Positions 57,698-64,000 of a stretch of 64,000 bases of DNA are shown here, in pieces. A program made the translations under genes and the position numbers. Each line of letters begins with the position of its first letter. The stretch's first letter is position 1. The stretch is from an uncultured Bdellovibrionales bacterium (GTDB taxonomy: Bacteria; Patescibacteriota; Minisyncoccia; Moranbacterales; DUUL01), in NCBI GenBank assembly GCA_964421125.1, contig CAYQVD010000004.1, positions 930 through 64,929 of the forward strand, written 5' to 3'. The notes beneath the pieces are model-generated. The model had not been told where the DNA came from. It saw nothing but the letters and a program-made list of their open reading frames with translations, and ran no database searches.

Positions 57698-58825
57698 ATG
57701 GATAAATTTTTTAATAAAATTTTCAATAAGCCATCAAGTAAGATTGAGAAAGAAAAAGAAGAGGAGTTAAAGCTCAATCTTCTTATCTTTGATGATTCAG
57801 ATGATCAGGAGTATGCTTTTCATTTAGATTTTCAATTCAATGATAATGATGATTTTAAGACAAAGGCTGAAGTGGCAAGTAATGTTGATGAAATAATAAA
57901 AAAAGCGGAACAGGAGGAGTTAGATATTATTTTTATTTCAAATCCGGATTCGATAAATGAAAACTTGTTTAAGGGAATTGTAAAAATGAGAAATGATGTG
58001 AACGTGAAAAAGCAACCAATCGTTTTTATTATGACTAGTGATAAAAATAGAAGTGAAGTGGAGAGAATACAAAAGTATGCTACAGATATAATTGAATTGC
58101 CTCCATATATAAATCTTGAAAAACTTCCTAGTCAAATTAATTCTGTTCCAGGACTACTTGGATGGGTTGATGATGAATATGGTGAAAAGATGACAAGGAA
58201 TAAGATTTCTTTTTATAAGGAATATAAGGACAAGTTGATGGAGCGATCTGATTTTACAGCGGATACAGAAAAAGAGTTGGAAATTTTAGAAGAAATTTTT
58301 GAAAAAAATAATGTTAAAAAAGTTTTAGATGCTGGTGGTGGGGAAGGGAGAATTGCCGTTCCTCTAAGTGAGAATGATTATGAAGTAGTGAACATTGATT
58401 CTTCACAAAAACTTATTGAAAAGATGAATGAATCTCAAAGTGAAGTGATTGGAACGGTTGGTGATTTGAAAAAAATACCAATAGAAGCCGAAAGCCAAGA
58501 CGCGGTTACTTATAACTGGCATGTTTTTTGTGATATTCTGGGAAACAAAGGGAAGGAGGAAACGTTAGATGAAGCTCATCGTGTGCTTAAGAGTGGAGGT
58601 GTTATTGTTCTTGATATTCCAAATAGAGAAGGAGGGTCTTATGAGAAAGATGGGGTTTATGTTCAAAATCCTGGTGGAGAAAATATTTTCATTGGATATA
58701 CTCCAGGGGAAGATGAGATGAAAAAATATTTAGAAAATTCAAAATTTCAAGATATAGAAATTAAAAAATGGGAAACCAAAACTGGTTTCAAAAAAATTAC
58801 CTTTATCGCGAAAAAGATAGATTAA
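57698..58825 (+). CDS. Receiver-like N-terminal domain fused to a class I SAM-dependent methyltransferase
   Basis: LLIFDDSDD...LDIIFIS...PIVFIMTSDKN (receiver-like); VLDAGGGEGRIAV and VLKSGGVIVLD (methyltransferase motifs I and post-II). Confidence 0.65.
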   Translation: MDKFFNKIFNKPSSKIEKEKEEELKLNLLIFDDSDDQEYAFHLDFQFNDNDDFKTKAEVASNVDEIIKKAEQEELDIIFISNPDSINENLFKGIVKMRNDVNVKKQPIVFIMTSDKNRSEVERIQKYATDIIELPPYINLEKLPSQINSVPGLLGWVDDEYGEKMTRNKISFYKEYKDKLMERSDFTADTEKELEILEEIFEKNNVKKVLDAGGGEGRIAVPLSENDYEVVNIDSSQKLIEKMNESQSEVIGTVGDLKKIPIEAESQDAVTYNWHVFCDILGNKGKEETLDEAHRVLKSGGVIVLDIPNREGGSYEKDGVYVQNPGGENIFIGYTPGEDEMKKYLENSKFQDIEIKKWETKTGFKKITFIAKKID

Positions 58826-58963
58826 AATTAAAATTTTATTTGCACAAAAAGTTTTTGTTTAGATCTATGAGAGATTGACAAAACGATTTAGATGGTATAT
58901 AATAGATGTATTAAGTTTTGGGTGATTCGAATTTTTTCGGGTCGCCTTTTCGTTTGAAAAAAC

Positions 58964-59992
58964 ATGAAAATAAATAAAAATAAAAATTTAATAGCCTGTT
59001 TACTGGTAGTTTCTGGATTTCTATTCGGAAGTGTTTTTATTGCATCTGCGGCTTCTACTGATCTAATTGAAGATGGAATAATTAAGTTAGTAAATGAAGA
59101 GCGTGAAAACGAGGGACTTTCTGCTCTTGTAGAAAATGAACTTTTAAATGAGGCTGCAAAAATGAAAGCTCAGGATATTTTAGGAAATGATTACTTTGCT
59201 CACACTTCTCCTTCTGGAGTAGATCCATGGTATTGGTTTGAAGAAGTTGATTATGGGTATAAATATGCTGGAGAAAATCTTGCAATGGATTTTACAAGTG
59301 CTTCTTCTGTTCATAAAGCTTGGATGAAAAGCGAAACTCACAAAGAAAATATTATGTCTCCTAAATATCAAGAAATTGGAGTTATCGTGATGGATGGAAT
59401 TATTGATAAACATGAAACAAGAATTGCTGTTCAAATGTTTGGAGCGAAAATGGATGAGTCCGTTGGAATGAAAGAAATTTTTTCTGAAGAGGAATCTTCT
59501 ATTGAAATAATCGAAGTATCTGTTTCTCCTTGGCAAGCAAACGGGAAGGATGAAATGTTAGCTTTTGCTGAAATAGAAGGGGAGCCTGATAAAGTTGAGG
59601 CAATTATTGGAGATGATTATTACGAATTGGAAAAATTGCGAGAAGGAGTTTATATGAATTTAATTTATTTCGAAGAAGAAGATATAAAGGGACGAAAGAT
59701 TGCTATTAAAGCAACAGATAGTGATCAAAAGAGTGTTTCCAGGGAGGTTCCGAATTTTTTCCTTGATGATTATTTAGCTACGAAAAAAGAAAAAGGAGAT
59801 AATCAGGAAATGGTTGCATTAGCTGGAATTAATAGTAATGATGATGGGATTTTTGGAGGAATGTTTTCTAGTCAAAATAATATAATGTTGTTAGTGATGG
59901 GAATATTTATTCTTACAATTTTCAATGTCTGGTTCCTGGAAAAAGAAGAAGAGCGATTGCTGAGTTTCAAAGTGATGGAAGCGGTAAATTAA
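58964..59992 (+). CDS. CAP/SCP/PR-1-domain secreted protein with a C-terminal TM anchor
   Basis: YFAHTSPSGVDPWYWF...YAGENLAMDF...HKAWMKSETHKENIM CAP motifs, plus signal peptide. Confidence 0.7.
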   Translation: MKINKNKNLIACLLVVSGFLFGSVFIASAASTDLIEDGIIKLVNEERENEGLSALVENELLNEAAKMKAQDILGNDYFAHTSPSGVDPWYWFEEVDYGYKYAGENLAMDFTSASSVHKAWMKSETHKENIMSPKYQEIGVIVMDGIIDKHETRIAVQMFGAKMDESVGMKEIFSEEESSIEIIEVSVSPWQANGKDEMLAFAEIEGEPDKVEAIIGDDYYELEKLREGVYMNLIYFEEEDIKGRKIAIKATDSDQKSVSREVPNFFLDDYLATKKEKGDNQEMVALAGINSNDDGIFGGMFSSQNNIMLLVMGIFILTIFNVWFLEKEEERLLSFKVMEAVN

Positions 59993-60031
59993 ATTTAGTT
60001 TGTATAATTAATTAAATAATAAAACAAAAAA

Positions 60032-60673
60032 ATGAGTGAATCATTGGAGATTAAAAATGGGGTAGAGGATTACGAGGAAAGCAAAAAAGATTTACTAAAG
60101 AAGGATAGTGATCCAGATTTGGATTATTTAGCAAGTTCTTTTTCTGGCTTAGTTGAGAAAAAAGAGCTTGAAGAAATGTTGAATTCTACTGGTGACTTAG
60201 AGATAAGAAAAGACTTAAAAGATGATTTAGAAAAATTTAAAGAGATTATCAGAAGTTTAAAGGAAGATAATAAGGGAGAGAAAGCTGTTCTTGAATTTAT
60301 TAATAGTCCAGAAAAAATGAAAAATTTTCATGAGGGCTATTGTTCTATGGAAATTAATGGTACCTGGTTTAATCTTTATGTAAGTGGTGAGAAAACATTA
60401 AAACTTGGGATTAGAACGGATGCTTTTGTGGGAAATAGAGATGATAATCCTGAGCTAGGAACGGGTCATAATAATGCAGGATTTGGATTTTTAGAAATAA
60501 AAATTAAGGATGATGAGGTAGATAAAATTATTGAGGCAATTGAAGAAAGTGCTCATTTTAAATATGATGATCATAGCACTCACACAAAGGAATACGATGT
60601 GGTCTATGAGCAACAATCAAGAGCATGCGATGCTATAGATATGATTAAGGGGATTACCTATGAAACAGAATAA
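60032..60673 (+). CDS. Acidic hypothetical protein
   Basis: 213-aa ORF; no recognisable domain. Confidence 0.5.
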   Translation: MSESLEIKNGVEDYEESKKDLLKKDSDPDLDYLASSFSGLVEKKELEEMLNSTGDLEIRKDLKDDLEKFKEIIRSLKEDNKGEKAVLEFINSPEKMKNFHEGYCSMEINGTWFNLYVSGEKTLKLGIRTDAFVGNRDDNPELGTGHNNAGFGFLEIKIKDDEVDKIIEAIEESAHFKYDDHSTHTKEYDVVYEQQSRACDAIDMIKGITYETE

Positions 60674-61100
60674 TTATAATTCAATGGAAGCGGGATTAAC
60701 CTAGTTATTAAGATTAATTAATATAAAAACAAAAATAGTACCTTAAAACAAAAATACAACCAAACAAACCTGACCTTTATAGGTCTTGAAATTAAAACAA
60801 GATATCAATTTTGTTTAACATTAAGAGCAGAAATCTCTGTTCTTGTTCCGAAGATTTATTCTTTAGAACAAAAACCATTTACTATAAACTTCCCATTCAG
60901 GGGAGTTTTTAGTTATTTTAAAAGCTTGACATGGGATTCAATATATGCTATTCTTTTCTATTATCTCAATTCGTGAGATAATTTTTATTTCTCATTTATT
61001 GAGAAATAAATCTGTCTAGGAAGCTACTTTATTATTTTCTAAAAGTCAGAAGTAGTGTGTAGACAGGTCTCCTTGGAGACATAATACCTTAACATTTTTA

Positions 61101-61655
61101 ATGAAATTAGTTAGTACCCTGATAATCGCAAGATTATTGATAATAATTGCTTTCCCGGCATTTGCCATGGAAAGCGATTCAATGAAGACACTAACTGAAA
61201 CAAAAATTAAAAATCAAGAGATTATTGAAGTTTTTGAAAAAGATAGATTAGTTACTTTTTCTGATAGCATTTTGAAAAATCAACCGAATCCATCTCAAGA
61301 AAACCTTTCTGTTTTTAACACTAAGGTTAAGGGATATTCTTCTACTAAAACTGTCAGTGAGGCGGTTTATGGAAAGAAAATGGACATATTGGTTACTGGG
61401 TATTCATCTACGCCAGATCAATGTTGGGGAAACCCATTCATTACAGCCAGTGGTGCACGTGTTCACGTGGGAACCATGGCTTGCCCTCGAGAGTATGCTT
61501 TTGGGACAAAAATCGAAATTGACGGAATGGGAACTTATAGTTGTGAAGATCGTGGGGGAGCGATCAAGGGAAATCATTTCGACATGTGGTTTGAGTCTCG
61601 AGGAGAAGCTCTTCAATGGGGAAAGAGAACGGTTGAAGCTAGAATTATTCAATAA
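61101..61655 (+). CDS. Secreted 3D-domain (MltA/Rpf-like) protein
   Basis: ...GYSSTPDQCWGNPFITASGARVHVGTMACPREYAFGTKIEIDGMGTYSCEDRGGAIKGNHFDMWF matches the 3D-domain signature. Confidence 0.7.
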   Translation: MKLVSTLIIARLLIIIAFPAFAMESDSMKTLTETKIKNQEIIEVFEKDRLVTFSDSILKNQPNPSQENLSVFNTKVKGYSSTKTVSEAVYGKKMDILVTGYSSTPDQCWGNPFITASGARVHVGTMACPREYAFGTKIEIDGMGTYSCEDRGGAIKGNHFDMWFESRGEALQWGKRTVEARIIQ

Positions 61656-61660
61656 ATTAG

Positions 61661-61828
61661 TTAAGAGCCTGTTAAGAAAATCTTTTTTCTTATGCAATTT
61701 CCAAATTTAAGCTACAAGAAATTCATCACTCGTCAATATATCACCGATATATTTCCTCGTGCTTCATTCCTTTCACTTTAAATTTGAAAATTTCGTAACG
61801 AAAAAGATTTTCTTAACAGGCTCTGGGA
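61661..61828. repeat. Imperfect ~27-bp inverted repeat (TTAAGAGCCTGTTAAGAAAATCTTTT ... AAAAGATTTTCTTAACAGGCTCT) enclosing ~115 bp, followed by a terminator-like hairpin
   Basis: Seen directly downstream of the 3D-domain gene. Confidence 0.6.
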
Positions 61829-61952
61829 AAACCAGGCATTTCGCCCGGTTTTCTTTTTGAACTAGATTGACTTCGAACAATCTTGTTGTTATTATTCAAA
61901 AGTAGTTTTGGGTTAGCTTAATAGAGATGTTGTTTGTGTTAGCTGAATTATT

Positions 61953-62023
61953 GGTCGCGTGGCCGAGCGGTTAGGCAAGGGTTTGCAAAACCCTGTACTC
62001 CGGTTCAAATCCGGACGCGACCT
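61953..62023 (+). tRNA. tRNA-Cys (anticodon GCA)
   Basis: GGTCGCG acceptor, UUGCAAA anticodon loop, TCCGG TTCAAAT CCGGA T-arm. Confidence 0.75.
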
Positions 62024-62067
62024 CAAGTCAAGTTAATTGTAAAATGTGGAATGTAAGTTGTTATCAC

Positions 62068-62151
62068 GCCCGGGTGCTGGAATTGGTAGACAGTCTGGAC
62101 TTAAAATCCAGTGATCGTAAGGTCGTGCGGGTTCAAGTCCCGCCCCGGGCA
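62068..62151 (+). tRNA. tRNA-Leu (anticodon TAA) with long variable arm
   Basis: GCCCGGG acceptor, CUUAAAA anticodon loop, long variable arm TGATCGTAAGGTCGTG, GCGGG TTCAAGT CCCGC T-arm. Confidence 0.8.
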
Positions 62152-62157
62152 CATAAT

Positions 62158-62187
62158 TAAAACAGGCGATTTGCGCCTGTTTTTTGT
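62158..62187 (+). terminator. Rho-independent terminator after tRNA-Leu
   Basis: AACAGGCG ATTTG CGCCTGTT followed by TTTTG. Confidence 0.75.
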
Positions 62188-62228
62188 TATTTTCTTAGAT
62201 TCTATTCCAAATCTTAATTAAATAAAAA

Positions 62229-62822
62229 TTAATTTAAGATTTTTTCTTTCTCAATCAATTTCAGAACTCTAGGAATTTTTTTGAAATCCTTTAGTAGAGT
62301 TTCACGGAGATTACCGTTGTAAAGGGCGGCAGCGGGGTGATAGCAAGGGAAGAAGACAATTTTTTTGAGTGGAGGAAAAGGTTTTCGGAAAGCTCGGCCG
62401 TGAGCTTCGGAAATTCTTGCATTAGGTAGAAATATTTCAAGACTGTGGCGTCCAAGTGGAATGATTATTTTTGGTTGGATTATTTCTAGTTGTTTTTCAA
62501 GCCAAGGCCAACAAGCTTCTTTTTCTTTTGGGAGTGGATCACGATTATTAGGGGGACGACATTTTACGGTGTTAGCGATATAAATGTCTTCACGTTTAAG
62601 ATTAATTGAGGCGATTAATTCATCAAGAAATTTTCCAGCTGCACCAACAAAAGGGTGTCCAGTTTCATCTTCTTTTTTGCCAGGTCCTTCACCAATAAAC
62701 ATAATTTCAGCTGAAGCAGACCCTTCTCCTGGGACAACTTGATTGCAAGTTTTTCTTAAATCACATTGATTGCAAGTGGCCATTTGTTTGTTTAATTTTT
62801 CGAGTTGTTCTTTTTTGGTCAT
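62229..62822 (-). CDS. Family 4 uracil-DNA glycosylase (Fe-S type)
   Basis: ...CNQCDLRKTCNQVVPGEGSASAEIMFIGEGPGKKED...HPFVG. Confidence 0.8.
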   Translation of the reverse strand: MTKKEQLEKLNKQMATCNQCDLRKTCNQVVPGEGSASAEIMFIGEGPGKKEDETGHPFVGAAGKFLDELIASINLKREDIYIANTVKCRPPNNRDPLPKEKEACWPWLEKQLEIIQPKIIIPLGRHSLEIFLPNARISEAHGRAFRKPFPPLKKIVFFPCYHPAAALYNGNLRETLLKDFKKIPRVLKLIEKEKILN

Positions 62823-62884
62823 AATTATTACAATTTTATAATTTTTAATTTTATAAATAAATCTAAAATCTAAATTTTTAAATA

Positions 62885-63388
62885 TTAACTAAGATCGTCT
62901 ACTCTAATTAAACTAAATTTATTATTACTTGTTTCCCACACCGCAAAAGTTGGTAAGTAAATTTCTCCAGCAAGAGTTCCGGGGTTGAGCATTTTGCATT
63001 TTCCAAAATGTTGTTCCCACGGTTGATGAGTATGCCCATAGAAAACAAAAGAATATTTTCCGCTTTTAGCGAGTTTTCTGGCAATTTCAGGGAAGTGAAC
63101 GAATGCAATCTTTTTACCATCAATTTCAGTTTCACCAAACTTTTTATAAATAAAAGTATTTTTATATTTTTTTTGTGATTCAAGATTTCGCAAGTCGTCA
63201 TAGTCGGCATTACCAAAAGTGTAGTGAATGTCACCGGAAAAATTGTCATTCATAACATCCATCATTTCGAGTGATGCCATGTCTCCACAATGAATGATTG
63301 TTTCAATTTTTTCTTCCTTGCAGTAATTTAAAAATTTTCTAAGATTTTTTTCATTGCCGTGAGAATCAGATATAATTGCTATTTTCAT
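62885..63388 (-). CDS. YfcE-like metallophosphoesterase
   Basis: MKIAIISDSHGN..., ...IHCGDM..., ...GHTHQP. Confidence 0.75.
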   Translation of the reverse strand: MKIAIISDSHGNEKNLRKFLNYCKEEKIETIIHCGDMASLEMMDVMNDNFSGDIHYTFGNADYDDLRNLESQKKYKNTFIYKKFGETEIDGKKIAFVHFPEIARKLAKSGKYSFVFYGHTHQPWEQHFGKCKMLNPGTLAGEIYLPTFAVWETSNNKFSLIRVDDLS

Positions 63389-63394
63389 TGAGGT

Positions 63395-64000
63395 TTATGA
63401 TTTCTTACTTTGTTTCCATAGAATTTTAAAAATATTTTTCATCATTTCACTGTGTTCCGGGCTTTCAATTAAAAGTCCGAAATTTTCTTTTTCTGATGAT
63501 ATGTAGAATGTATTGTTATCATATATTATAAATGATTGGGAAAAATTAGCATCATTTTTGTTAGTATAGCGTAATTTTCGGAGTTGTTTATTATGTTTTG
63601 AAAAAACTTTATCTTCTTGGCTTGTTTGCGAACTTAGTCGGATGGTTTTAGTTTCAATTTTTTGATTAATTCTTTTAGAAACATAATCTTTAACAAAATC
63701 TATTCCCAGAATATTATAGAACTTCTTACTTGCCACAACTGCTAAAATTTCTTTTTTTTGGCATTTTAAAGAATCTAGTAATATATTTCTAATCCCTTCT
63801 TTATCGTCAATAAATTTTATATTTGGGACACTTTCACTTTTATTATTAAGTGCGTTTATTTCAGGAATGGCCATTTTTAAATATTTCTTTTTTTTGTCAA
63901 TATTTCTTTTTTGTCGTTCAAGAAACTTTTCAAGATTTTCCGGTTCTTCCATGACAAAGCGTTGATTGTATTTGCTTCCTGCGGTATGAACTAGCCCCTT
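63395..64000 (-). CDS. TrmB-like regulator (paralog 5); the N-terminal wHTH runs off the window end
   Basis: The reading frame stays open upstream of the Met at 63952 (...KGLVHTAGSKYNQRFVMEEPENLEKF...); the C-terminal domain aligns with the other paralogs. Confidence 0.6.
   Translation of the reverse strand, partial: KGLVHTAGSKYNQRFVMEEPENLEKFLERQKRNIDKKKKYLKMAIPEINALNNKSESVPNIKFIDDKEGIRNILLDSLKCQKKEILAVVASKKFYNILGIDFVKDYVSKRINQKIETKTIRLSSQTSQEDKVFSKHNKQLRKLRYTNKNDANFSQSFIIYDNNTFYISSEKENFGLLIESPEHSEMMKNIFKILWKQSKKS

Overview
The window is a low-GC (about 30% by eye) bacterial chromosomal segment spanning the replication-origin neighbourhood. The order is rarA (partial), MFS transporter, cca, dnaA, dnaN and a DUF721/DciA-like gene; no recF or gyrB follows dnaN. 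DnaA-box clusters (TTATCCACA-like) lie upstream of dnaA and between dnaA and dnaN. The gene content resembles a small-genome Patescibacteria/CPR-like or other episymbiont-like bacterium; this attribution is inference. Supporting content: a Gram-positive-type type IV secretion module (VirB6/PrgH-like, PrgI-like, VirB4 ATPase), a 1298-aa acidic surface protein, two O-antigen-ligase-like genes with a GT2, a short infB, metG, tatD, comM/yifB, xerC/D, several secreted hydrolases (LysM-CHAP, metzincin, CAP, 3D-domain), and many orphan receiver-like domains without any histidine kinase.

RNA genes: tRNA-Met(CAT), tRNA-Arg(CCT), tRNA-Ala(GGC), tRNA-Val(GAC), tRNA-Gly(GCC), tRNA-Cys(GCA), tRNA-Leu(TAA), and a tRNA-Phe(GAA) split by a ~238-nt group I intron.

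Structure not explained by the genes:
(1) Eight copies of the perfect 16-bp palindrome TGTTTCACGTGAAACA, four of them in ~83-bp tandem units, fill the 1-kb region upstream of dnaA.
(2) Six paralogous TrmB-like wHTH regulators are each paired with small-gene cassettes or a radical-SAM gene. Several cassettes share a GTTAC-N17-GTAAC leader palindrome and a ~110-nt intercistronic structured repeat present in three copies.
(3) Three intergenic ~100-130-bp palindromic elements around infB have a conserved core and covarying outer stems.
(4) Near-duplicate DnaA-box modules lie 1.8 kb apart.
(5) A STAS(DUF4325-like)/GHKL-ATPase partner-switching-like gene pair.

No CRISPR array and no rRNA gene were seen. 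All calls are made by eye from the sequence; no searches were run.
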